From Octopus vulgaris (taxonomy: Eukaryota), in assembly GCA_951406725.2 (NCBI GenBank), contig OX597832.1:1674001-1738000 (forward strand): a stretch of DNA of 64,000 nucleotides, given 5' to 3'. Made by a program: the position numbers and the translations under genes. A model generated the notes under the pieces. It searched no databases and had not been told where the DNA came from. It worked only from the letters and a program-made list of their open reading frames with translations. This document shows, piece after piece, positions 41,119 to 52,151 of this stretch. How positions within the stretch are numbered: the first letter of the stretch is position 1; every line of letters starts with the position of its first letter.

Positions 41119-41169
<51 letters not shown>

Positions 41170-41171
<2 letters not shown>

Positions 41172-42165
41172 CAACCCAAGAGTGAGTTCCCTGACGTCCG
41201 TTCGCAATGCCTCAGCCGGCCAAAAGAGGACAACCCTGTCCTGTCTCCCACCACTTCTTTCCTCACGCCTCCCCTACCGGTCAGTCCCTTGACCATTGAC
41301 GCCATAGCCCTCTTCTTCCGGCTCATCCCCACACGCCCACCCTCATCTCAAAGATCACCTCCTCACTTCATTCCATGACGAAATCTACCACCCACCCGGG
41401 TGGGTACCTTGCACGTTGTGATCTTCTTAAACTGGGAACCTCATTCTCTTCCTCTTCTCCACAATCATCATCTGACAAAGTGACAATCCTATGAACATCC
41501 AAGACATGACGCGGCATTCCATCTACAGAGATGTTATTTTTGGAATTGACAGCCGTCATTATTACTCTGTTCCGCTGAGTTGCGCAGTGTGCCTTTGGTG
41601 GCTTGACCCAGACTTCATCTCCCACCTCCACGAAGTCAGGCCCTGCCTCCTCTACAGGGCATTTCTATGGTTTACTCGGATGTCACCATTCATATTTGAA
41701 TATCGCTCTATGTGGCACGGACTCTTCGGCCTGTCCTGATCGGGGCGACGTGTACCAGAACAGCGCATCCGGCGGCGAGACATGTCCCCTCTCCGCCATA
41801 GCCTTGATCGTTCGATGATGCTCTCCATGATTCCATTTCCACTCGACCTGTATGCCGCTCTGAAAAAACGGTGCACTTTCCACCTTCAGTGCCTCCGAAC
41901 TGTTGTCCATCAGATATTCGTCCACAGGGCCCCGCTCTAAGGATACCTCATTTAGAATGCGTGTCATCTTGTCCGCAGTGCCTGTCCTCAATTTCCTTCA
42001 AATGACTATCCGCCCGGTCCACAATCGATAGCTGCCGGTAGTGTGTTACATCCACCGCTAATGGTCTTCAGTTGTGCTCTGTCGAAACGTTTCCCTGCTC
42101 GTACACACCCGGAGAAGGGTCGATGGATTGACACCTGTCGCAGTTCCCGACCACATTCTGTAAAC
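41170..42165 (-). mobile_element. Gypsy-like integrase remnant and 3' region
   Basis: RGPVDEYLMDN, GNGIME..HRTIKAMA, EVGDEVWVKPP..C...VDGMPRHVLD. Confidence 0.75.
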
Positions 42166-42793
42166 AGTCTTCATTTAATGGGTACATCCTTGTTCTTGTG
42201 CAGCTGCATGTTTGCAGCAGCGAATTGCGTGTTCTGTGGTAAGTTGTTGTTTACTGATTACATTTTGTGTATTTATGCAGCGATAACTGATTCATCTGTT
42301 GCTTCTATTGCAAAGTGTGGCATTTATGTTCTGTTGGGAAGTGCTTGCCAACTAGTGTTTTCAAAGTATACGCTACATTTGTTTCTTTATAATGTGATGT
42401 GAAATATTTTATATGCAAAATTAAATTCGCAACATGTACACCTCTCAAGTTGAATTTCGGTTGCTTTTATTTTGTAAATTATTAGATAATGGTATTAGTA
42501 GTTTGTTTTTATTTTATGAACATCATTTAAGACACAACTTCTATAACTCTATATAACTTCTATATTTAAATATCTGTCAAATCTAAATAATGTAAATAAT
42601 GTAAATAATGTTCTATAATAACTATCGTTTACTTTTTAAAAATGACAATACTTAAACTATAAAATAACCAATAAATCTGTATTTAACAAATATAATTAAT
42701 TCACATCGGTAGCAGGGTTAATTTGATAGTTCATTCATGTACTAAGTGCAAAATGTTGCTCTTTCGATTTTTCAATATTTTGCCTTTCTTCAG

Positions 42794-42966
42794 GTCATTT
42801 AGCACTGATGTTAAATTGAAATTTAGTGCAAATGAATAAATAAAGAGGTGAATAGAATCGCTTGACTCATGGATTTTCCAAGAGAGAAAAATGGAGTGCA
42901 TGTTAATCAAGAATCACAACAAGCTGGACATTTTATGACAAATGTTCCATTATTAAATGGTTCAAG
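42794..42966 (+). CDS. Candidate first coding exon (ATG 42869, MDFPREKNGVHVNQESQQAGHFMTNVPLLNGS)
   Basis: Consensus acceptor TTTCTTCAG|G and donor AAG|GTAAGT; in-frame stop just before ATG. Confidence 0.35.
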
Positions 42967-44329
42967 GTAAGTAAAACAACGACAGACATATGTCTAAATA
43001 AAGGAGGGTTTCGCCAATGTAGGATAAAAACGTGTGTTCATTTCCCACAAAATACAGTCCCAAGTTTAATAATTTCAATGACAAAAATAATTCTGCTTGT
43101 GTTCCAGTCCTTAAATATATTGCAAGAAGTTGCCACTAGAGTAGTTACGAATTAACTCATTATCTTAATCTCTATTGTATAGTTTCCTAGAAGGTATCCA
43201 ATATAGAAAACTGTGATGAATAGTAGACTAAAGTTATTTACGTATAGAAAAACATCACCTGGAAACGATTGGTGAGCAATCCAACCGGAATGGATTGTTT
43301 CAAATGGATTTTTCCGATCTGAGAAACAATTAGAAATCAATAATCCGATTTCAAAATATCTCAGACTATTCTAAGAAACTTCCCTACATTCCCAGATATG
43401 TAAAGTTGCAGCTATGACATAAAAATTGATACACCTTTCTATAAATTCAGAATAACCTCAGGTGAAGTAATAGTACAAGTGACATTTCTAACTCAACCAA
43501 TTGGATACAATTTTCTTCTGTATTTAAACAGAATATTAATGCGAATGCAATAATCTCTTTTACGTAGCGCTTCAGGTACTTCTTCAAGTAGCACTTTAAA
43601 GGTTACGAAGAAACCATTAATATCTCCCATCAGTACTTACACTGCCCTCCTCTATATTACTTCTTTTGTGTTTCTGACAATGCGAGCACCACTTTAAATG
43701 ACGTTATGTATTAAGCAATATAAGTTCATACAGCTGAAATATGGCCGCAACTAATTGTAGTAGATTCTGCATTATATTTTCTTTTTGTAGAATTGTGATT
43801 TCACAGTTTTGTCTGTTGATAAAAATTGATTTAAAGAAAATAACTTCAGACATATTTCGATGAAAACTACTACATAGCTGTAGAACATTATAGAGATGGG
43901 TTGTTAGCAAAAAGAAAAAAAGCAAATTATTAGAATAAGTTGTCATTTCCTATAGAATTATTGTATTTCTCTAAATTCTGCATTAAAAATATAACCATGT
44001 GCTAATATGTGACAGTTTTTTCCATTAACAAAAATCAATATGCATTAAATATATCCATATCGAAAATATTTAGCCAAATCGTATCTACATGTGCGTCTTG
44101 TAAAATATATAAAAAGCCTTGGAAGATAAAAATTCCTTCCTGATTCTTTTAACAGTAATGCTTTATATACTTCACGCAATAGTCCATTCCTACTTAAAAT
44201 TCTACAAGTATCTGGTCTATTCGGACAAGGAATATATCATTTTCACTTACAATTTGAAGCTTCAGATTTGCTTAACTTGCATATTTCTAATTGCTGTTAT
44301 TGTCAGAAAATCGCAACATCCACACCATT

Positions 44330-44352
<23 letters not shown>

Positions 44353-44364
<12 letters not shown>

Positions 44365-44425
44365 ATAAAGGGTAAAAATCATTAATGATATTACCAGGGG
44401 TCAGTGCGGAAATAAAAACCTTATA
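44353..44425. mobile_element. Detached left end of the hammerhead fold-back element at 49310-50115
   Basis: AATAAAGGGTAAAAATCATTAATGATATTACCAGGGGTCAGTGCGGAAATAAAA is the reverse complement of ~50020-50075; preceded by (TA)n. Confidence 0.8.
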
Positions 44426-44827
44426 CTCTTACTTTTTTACTCGTTTCAGTCATTTGACTGTGGCCATTCAGTCATTTGACTGGAGCACCGCCTTTAGTCG
44501 AGCAAATCGCCCCCAGGACTTATTCTTTATAAGCCCAGTACGTATTCTATCGGTTCTTTTGCCGAACAACGAAGTTACGGGGACGTAAACACACCAGCAT
44601 CGGTTGTCAAGTGATGTTGGGGGACAAACACAAACACACAAACACACACACAGACACCTACACACGCACACACACACACATATATACGACGGGCTTCTTT
44701 CAGTTTCCGTCTACCAAATCCCCTCACAAGGCTTTAATCGGCCCGAGGCTATAGTAGAAGACACTTGCCTAAAGTGCCACGCAGTGGGACTGAACCCGGA
44801 ACCATGTGGTTGATAAGCAAGCTACTT
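44426..44827 (-). mobile_element. tRNA-derived SINE, body and 3' tail (interrupted)
   Basis: Matches 1865-2030, 4029-4228 and 62155-62315; B box GGTTCAGTCCC on minus strand; breaks after AGCAAGCTACTT. Confidence 0.9.
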
Positions 44828-46863
44828 TATATCATAAAATTTGTCATCATAGACAGTACAAAGAGTGTATAGCTTTGCGGGCTGGACAAGCACATTAATG
44901 AATGAAAATGAAATAGAATGAATAAATGAGAGACGAAACCCAACACCCGCCGATTGGATTTTTCTCGAAAACATATTTTCTTTTTTTAAAAGATCAATAG
45001 GTTTCAAACCTCTTACAAGAAGGAGGCACTAAAACCTCTTACTTAACATGTTTTTTTTAAACACACAATTGAGGTTATAAACCACTACAAATAATACAAT
45101 AAGATGAGGTTTCAAACCCTATAACGAGGGTCTTTCACCTCCTACTCTTCGATATATTCATCATTATCTTCAATGCCGCTTGAGTTCATGTACTCCGCCA
45201 TTTCCCATGCCTCACTCATGTAGGACATGTAAGTCGCGTAAGGGCCACCCGGCTATATGCGACACTCCTCCCCAAATCCTTTAAGCCTTTCTCACAAGGG
45301 AAACCTTATGACCTCCACAGCTATCTTCGGAGGCCATTCGGGATCCCGTGTGAAGGGCATATCTACTGTCTCTTTATGTTCTTCTACTATTTTTTCCACC
45401 TCTCTGCCCTTATAGAAAAAGATAATTAATTGATCATCTTTAAGGGTGGGGGTTGTTTCTTCCACCGTAGGTGGCACAACTTCGGGACATGCGGACGGCA
45501 CATCATCTCCCCGCTGAGATGACCCGTTCTTCTTCCTTCTTTTTTTTCTTTTCTTCCTGACTTCGGGAGAGTGGAGCTCTTCCGCTTTGTCCGGAGACTC
45601 TCACCGGCCTCCCGAAGCCTTAGGTTCTTTCGGCGGGCAACTATTGTTGCCCGCCTTCTTCCTTTTTAATCCCTTTTGAGTTGAGGAGACTGAAGCCTCC
45701 TCGACCACATCCACCTCTCCCTTTGACCGGGTAGGGGATGTGGCATCTAGTGACTGTTCCAGGTCCTTACCATGGTGCTGGGGGCAGTTCCTTTTAATGT
45801 GGCCTGGCTGCAGGCACGAGTGACATTTGGGGGGACGTCCCTCATGTATCACCGGATACCTTCAGCCAGCCATTTTCAAGAAATCTGGAAAAACCAGATC
45901 TGTTGCGGCCGATGGGGTCCACAGGGTCAAAATCGCGTTTTACTCTTCCCAATCGACCTCCGGCAATACCCTTACATTTAAGAGCCTGGGCCCGCCATCC
46001 CCCAGCCCCCGTCGGATGGTATCTTCAATCCAATCCGCTTCGGTGCCTGGGGGTAACCCACATACCCAGGCTCGTATTAATTTTCTTCCATAATATGACG
46101 GAAGGGACAAAATTTCCTTGCCTTCTAAAGGCTGACTCGCAAACTAGCGAGCCTTTTCCCCGTTGTCAAACAGCAACCATACGGTTGCATGTTTGACACC
46201 ACGGGATATATATTTTAAAGAGGACAAATATTCTTTAAGTTCATTTTTTATGACTTGTTTTGGGAAGACGGTGATGGAATTAAGAACTTTAGAATAAGTT
46301 CTAAGTACCATCGTCTTCTCCTTCATATCTTTTAACTACTGCTTAGGCGGGTTAATTTCCCACTCTAAGACAGAGTTTTTCTTTTTAAGTTCCTTCTCGG
46401 CCATGTCAAAAAACAGTTCAAAAGTAGTTCAAAAGACAGTCTGCCAAAAAATTAAACCGAATAATAATAAAACAAAATAAAAGAGGAGGGGAGGAAACTG
46501 AAATTAAATTAATGAAAAGAATGAGCCAAAATTTAGAAAGAAAGAAAAATAGAAGAAGGGAAAAGTAAAAGAAATGCCTCACAAATAGCACAGACAGGGA
46601 ATCCTTTGTATAATACTCCAAAAAGGTAATCCAAAAAGTAATCCAAATGGCTTATTCTTATTTTTCTGGCGAGATACGCCCACTAGAATTTACAAGAAGA
46701 ATTTTCAAGCAAAAATTCTCAATTCACCGTTACGGTGATCGCTATAGCGATCCATAATTGACAATTTTTCTTTGTTCTTTTTTTCTATTCACGGAGCCGA
46801 AACTCACATCTTCTCACTGTAACAGTCCAGACCAATTAGTGTTGCATTCTGGTTAACCGGAAG
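44828..46863 (-). mobile_element. ORF1-only Tx1/L1-like retroelement, copy A (~2.0 kb)
   Basis: Decayed ORF from ATG 46404 with VLRTYSK..ISRGVKHATVWLLF and GRPPKCHSCLQPGHIKRNC zinc knuckle; ~300-bp 3' UTR; no RT; bounded by TAAG(C/G)AAGCTACTT repeats. Confidence 0.8.
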
Positions 46864-46877
46864 TAAGGAAGCTACTT

Positions 46878-49153
46878 TATTTCATAACATTTGCCATAAA
46901 GGCAGTACATAGAGTAAGTTAGCTTTGCGGGCTGGACGAGGACATTAATGAAGTGAATGATAATGAAAGAAGGATGATGGGGATGGGAGAAGACAAAAAG
47001 CGCCCGCCGACTTCTGCTTCTCTAAAACATTGTTCTTTTTAAAAACAAACACAAAACGAGGTATTAAACCTCTTACAATTTTTTCAATTTTTGGACTTAG
47101 CAGTCCATTACTAATAAACAACATAGTTCAATAATTACATACATAAATACAATACACAAAGCCCCTCCTCCCAGACCTGGCTTACACTTCCCTTAGGAAT
47201 GCGCCAGCTCTAGGTCGGGGCCCCTCAAGTCGTATCACAATTTGACTCGTCCTCGAAATAACTTGTGCCCGCGCCCTCCACCATCCACCACGCCTCCCTC
47301 AGAACGTAATCGAGTTCCGAGTTAGCGTCGCCCGGGACCAAGCTATAATCCTCATTGAGCTCCTTCAGCCCAAGCGTCACGTCGAACGCCACGGCTTCCA
47401 CAGCTACCTGCGGAGGCCATTCGGGGTCCTGTGTGAAGGCTAAAGGTGCTCCCTTGTGGTGCTTTTCCATCACCTTTTCAATTTCTCCGCCTCTATAGAA
47501 GAGGATCAATACGTTCAATTCTTTCGTTGGCGGCACAGTTCCCGCCAACGGTATTTCTTCTCCTGTCGGTGGCACAACCCCAACCGACGTAGTTCCGGGA
47601 CATTCCGGTGCTATGTCACCGACAGCCGGTAATGTCCCGTTTCTCTTCCTCTTTTTCTTTTTTTCTTTTCAACTGAGGGAGGGTGCATCTCCTCCGTGGC
47701 CGGAAGATTCGCCTTTCTCTCCTCATCCCTAGTATCCTTTGGTGAGCACCCATTGTTGCTCACCTTCCTCTTTCGGCCTCTGTTTGAGGAGTCCTCTGCT
47801 TCCTTGGCCGTTATCATTCCCTCTTCTTCAGGGGTTTCACTTAACTGTTCCGGGATCCTATTTTGTTCCCGGAGACAGTTCTTCTTTATGTGGCCGGACT
47901 CCAAGCACCGATGACACTTAGGGGGGCGACCCTCAAGCATCACCGGGTACCTGCACCCGGCCATTTTCAAAAAATCTGGAAGAACCAGATTGACTGATTG
48001 GGTCCAAAGGGTCAAAATTGCTTTTGACCCAACCCAAGCAGCCGCAGGAAGAACTTTTACATTAAGGAGCTTAGTTTCGCTGCTACCCAGACCCCGGCGG
48101 ATAGTCTCCTCTATCCATTCGGGTTCTATCCCGGGTGGCAGCCCGCAAATCCAAGCTTTCGTCAGTCTCTTTTTTGGTACGTGGGCAGGAATAAAATTTC
48201 CTTACCCTCCAGGGGTTTGCTAGCAAATTTGCAAGCCTCTTCAGGGGTGTCAAATAGCAACCACACCGTTGCATATTTGACACCCCTGGAAATGAATTTA
48301 ATTGTTGGCAAATACTCTGCCAACTCTTTTTCAATTGCCGTCTTTTCGAATAGGGCGATGGTGTCGAGTGCCTTGGAGTAGGTTCTCAACACCACCGTCC
48401 TATCTTCACGGTCTTTTAACCACTTTTAGGCGGTATGATCTCCCATTCCAAAATTTTGTTATTTTTCCTTGCCATGTTTTTTTTGCTTTTTTTAAAAAAT
48501 ATATTCAAATTAAACTTAAAGAGCGAGAAGAAAAAAGTTCAAAAGTCCAAATAAAATTTGATAGATTTTTGAAAAAACAAAAAGGAGAAAGCACAACAGA
48601 AGGGAAGAAATCAACGGAAAGTCGCAATAAACAAAAAAAAACAAAAGGGGGAGTTAAATGAAGTTCAAAAGAAAGTTAATAACCAGAAAAAACACAGCAA
48701 AAATCTTCTGGCCTTACGGTACTCCCGGCCTGAGTTGAACCTGGAACGCCGCAACTGTAACACAACCTCCACAAAAATGGGTCCGAAAGGTAATCCAACA
48801 GTGGCTTATTTTTATAATTTTCTTGGGAAGTACTCTGACAAGGGAATAAATTCAACAAACCCAAACACAGCACAGTAACTGTATTGGGTTCCGAGGATAC
48901 GCCCCTCCACTGTTTTTTTTCAATAAACACAAAAACGGCAGCCGCCGAGAGCAGGCGAAATTGTCTCAGAGTTGGACACAACTTACTGAAATAATAATTG
49001 GCACGTAATAAATTATGCCCAACTCACAATAAACAAAATCACTCACCTCGACAACTTTCCATTTTTGTCTTTTTTTCTATAAGTGGACGGAGCTGGTTAC
49101 TCACGTCCACTCTGGCTCAACAGGAAGCAACTGACTAACTGCGCATGTGTGTT
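46878..49153 (-). mobile_element. ORF1-only Tx1/L1-like retroelement, copy B (~2.3 kb)
   Basis: Decayed ORF 48475-47225 with VLRTYSK..ISRGVKYATVWLLF and GRPPKCHRCLESGHIKKNC; 3' end conserved with copy A; bounded by AG(G/C)AAGCTACTT. Confidence 0.8.
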
Positions 49154-49188
49154 AGCAAGCTACTTACCACACAGCCACTCCTGCGCCT
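49154..49188 (-). mobile_element. SINE 5' head (A-box part) separated from its body by 4.3 kb
   Basis: Minus strand AGGCGCAGGAGTGGCTGTGTGGTAAGTAGCTTGCT; continues into 44827 by comparison with the uninterrupted copy at 1980-2030. Confidence 0.9.
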
Positions 49189-49293
49189 AAAATATGGAAC
49201 GCTTCACGTATTTGCGTCACCCTTGCGCAGGAGTCATGCTAATCTTCTCTGCATCGTTCCAATTTTAGTATATATGTACTGCCGAAGCAGTAC
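49189..49293 (-). pseudogene. RNU6: U6 snRNA retrocopy, full length
   Basis: Minus strand GCTTCGGCAGTACAT(AT)ATACTAAAATTGGAACGATGCAGAGAAGATTAGCATGACTCCTGCGCAAGG..GCAAATACGTGAAGCGTTCCATATTTT; ACAGAGA box mutated and small indels. Confidence 0.95.
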
Positions 49294-49309
49294 ATATACT
49301 AAAATGGTA

Positions 49310-50115
49310 AAATAGGTAAATTTTACAAATATTTCAATAATTATATAGATAATTATAAGGGATTGGCTTTAAGCCTCTCCACGCGCAGAAAAAATAGACG
49401 CCAAAAGACTCTATTACCACCTTAAAAACTCCGAGAATAAAACATTGGGTTGTAGTCGGGCAAAAGAAAGCTAATGAATTTCGGTTAATCGTGTACAAGA
49501 TCCTGTTTCAAGCTTAAAGTAAAAAAATATTACTTACTGCTCTCATCTGCAACGATATTCCATAGTATGAATTTACGAGTATTTTCACATACTCATACGA
49601 GCGGCGTCATCGTACAGCAAATATATGTACACAATTGTAGAAATATACAGTAAAGAAAAGTTTACATTTCTCTTTACAACCACGTGTAGTATATCAAAAC
49701 ATACTCTGCAGAGAATGCAGTTTTGATCAAGGAGTAAATGCTTCAAATAGATACTCGTAAATTTATACTATGGAATATCGTTGCTGATGAGAACAGTAAG
49801 TAATATTGTTTTTACTTGAAACAGGATCTTGTACACGGTTAACGAAAAGTTTAATTCATTAGCTTTTTTTTTCCCGCATACAACCCAGTGTTTTATTCTC
49901 GGAGTTTTTAAGGTGGTAATAGAGTATTTTGGCATCTATTTTTCTAGCGCGTGGAGAGACTTATAGCCTTTCCTTTGTTATACTTATGTATATAATTATT
50001 AAAATATTTACCTTTAATGTTTTATTTCCGCGCTGACCCCCTGATAATATCATTAATGATTTTTACCCTTTATTATAATTAATATTTGAAGGATTTACTC
50101 CTTGATCAAAACTGT
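49310..50115. mobile_element. Older, diverged hammerhead fold-back element
   Basis: Imperfect inverted arms ~49327-49571 / ~49751-50010; 49718-49748 is also mirrored at ~50084-50113, indicating a permuted ~0.5-kb unit. Confidence 0.8.
49777..49839 (+). ncRNA. Type I hammerhead ribozyme (partly decayed)
   Basis: ATCGTTG-CTGATGA(49784)-...-GAAA(49818)-CAGGATCTTG-TA-CACGGT; near-palindromic stem III; mirror copy at ~49488-49556. Confidence 0.65.
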
Positions 50116-50254
50116 TATCATTTCATATCTGATTAGCCTGTTATTACGTAACATGCTTCACGATTGTAGTATACATACCTTATTAGTATTTCCTGCTAAG
50201 TTCTATATACTCTAGGAACGCATTAAAGCCCTTTTCGGAGCTACTTTATTTGAA

Positions 50255-50697
50255 TTCGTCAACTTATTAAAATAAATGCTTTCTGAGGCTAATTGAGTCG
50301 TTTTTTACCCTTATTTCTAGCAATGTTAGCACTATTTTGTACCCTTGTTTATAAATTTGCCTGTGTGTTTTAATTATTTATAGAATAGATTTCTACCGTT
50401 TTGAAACTGCGCACGCTTCAACAGTTTTTCTTGATCTGACAAGGCGAGTTGAGCTTAATCCTAAGCGCAGTAAGCTCCACTGACGAGAACTAAGATGTAA
50501 TGCATCAGAGTTCGAAATCACGTGATATGAATATAACTGCTTCTTCACTTATGAGCGTGTCTCACTTCGGTGCGTAGTTTTTTCGTTTCCTCTCTTTCGT
50601 CAACTTATTAAGACAAGTAATTTTTGTGACTAATTCAATTGTTCTTGACTCTTGTTTCTAACAATGCTGGTACTATTTTGTACCCTAGTTTATAAAT
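50255..50697 (+). mobile_element. 341-bp-period partial tandem with one hammerhead (retrozyme-like)
   Basis: Diverged direct repeats 50255-50356 and 50596-50697 enclosing the hammerhead. Confidence 0.65.
50476..50532 (+). ncRNA. Type I hammerhead ribozyme core
   Basis: CTGACGA 50480-50486; stem II GAACT/AGTTC; GAAA 50514-50517; palindromic stem III ATCACGTGAT; ATA triplet; stem I weak. Confidence 0.65.
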
Positions 50698-51834
50698 GGC
50701 GGTGCCCCAGCATGGCCACAGCTCGTGAGTTGAAACTAGATAAAATTAAAAAAATAAAAATAATAAAATAAATATAAAGATAAGATCTAAGGATTAAGGA
50801 GTAGGAGGAAGTCAGTGAGCTTCGAGCAATCTGTAGAAGATATAAAAAAAAAGCAACTTTCAAGAACTATAGTGGTTTATTAGCGCAGAGAGTTATGTAT
50901 TTTTCCCGTATCGAAGTACGATAAGCCGAAAAAAGTACATTTTATAGTTCACGGTTAGCAACAAGGGTTGTTGAAAATGCGAATAAACATTCAAACATTA
51001 GGGAATGACGGAGATAAAATCCAGGCTACATAAGTTTCATAGATAGCGGGACCTCGGAAGTAGTAAATTATTCAAACGAGGGTAAGACTACAAGCAACTC
51101 TTGAGGCCAACGATACCTTGATTATGTGAAGTTTACATTGTCGTTGGGAGATTTCATGTTAACTCGTCAGGGATTCGGTAGAAATGCATGTTAAAATATT
51201 TTAACTGACACTAAACATCTTTCTTGCTCCGTATATTACTGCATTTGCAACTTTGAAAATACAGTCGTCACAAAGAACAAATTGACTATTTGATTTTTGC
51301 ATACCAGAAAAGTTACATGCGAAATCAGACTTTTTTTTTGGTTCCTTTAAGTTCCGCATTTATGTTGATATCTAAATCTATTAGTAAGATATTTTATTTT
51401 TCACACATTTGTCGAATTTTTACAGATTTTGTAACATTTACTTTATATTTATATTCCTACTCTTAAATAAAGCACAAAAATTATTATTTCGCCACAAATA
51501 CGATCAGGTATATTAACAAAAAAATCTCCTTATCTTTCCGTTTGGCAGCAATGCTTTGATATATAAATTGTTCATGATCAGCTTATAATAATTACATTTG
51601 AAATCTTTGTAAATTATATAAGCGGAAACATAGATTAATATTCCGATTAAAACCGCATGAAAAATCAAGTGGGTTAATTAGATTTAGCAGAAATTCAATA
51701 ATTACAATAAAGAAAAGACACCCTTAATTAATGAATCAAATAAAACTATGCCTGGTAATCTGTCGATGTAAGGAAATCTAAAGATTGTTTTTTCTTTTTT
51801 CTGAAATTATGCAGCTAACTCAAACCAACTGCAC

Positions 51835-51940
51835 TCAGCTTCCACCTCAGCCTCTAGACAACTCCGGAACTTGTTGCATGCATTCCTTATTGTGTCCCTC
51901 GGAAGATCTTCGAAAACCTCCTTGATCTTGGCTACCAAAG
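51835..51940 (-). mobile_element. Tc1/mariner-superfamily transposase C-terminal remnant
   Basis: Minus strand LVAKIKEVFEDLPRDTIRNACNKFRSCLEAEVEA. Confidence 0.55.
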
Positions 51941-52056
51941 AGAGAGATATTCTTCTCGTATTTTTAGCATAAGATTTCTTGATATGAAATCATACTTGAA
52001 GCAGAATGACAGGAAATAGTAGGGGATCATTCTAACCCATTCACCGCCCCACACAC

Positions 52057-52146
52057 ATACACAATACGCGCACTGGTTGTAGTTTATTATTAAATAATTA
52101 ATTAATTAATTAATAATAAACTACAACCAGTGCGCGTATTGTGTAT
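52057..52146. repeat. 37-bp perfect inverted repeat with AT spacer
   Basis: ATACACAATACGCGCACTGGTTGTAGTTTATTATTAA and its reverse complement. Confidence 0.9.
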
Positions 52147-52151
52147 TAATT

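Larger units (their letters stand above)
39341..41120. mobile_element. (TA)n-flanked concatemer of a 565-bp hammerhead-containing unit (1.76 copies forward, then ~1.4 copies inverted)
   Basis: Identical ORFs at 39374 and 39939 give period 565; 40337-41120 is the reverse complement in a different permutation; TA arrays 39311-39340 and 41121-41168. Confidence 0.9.

Noticed and set aside
49189-49293. Functional U6 gene
   Set aside because: ACAGAGA box mutated, indels present, and upstream sequence is a fold-back plus repeat rather than a recognisable promoter.
50237-50250. GAGCTACTTTATT resembling the ORF1-only element junction
   Set aside because: Short match with no accompanying SINE or element sequence; likely chance.
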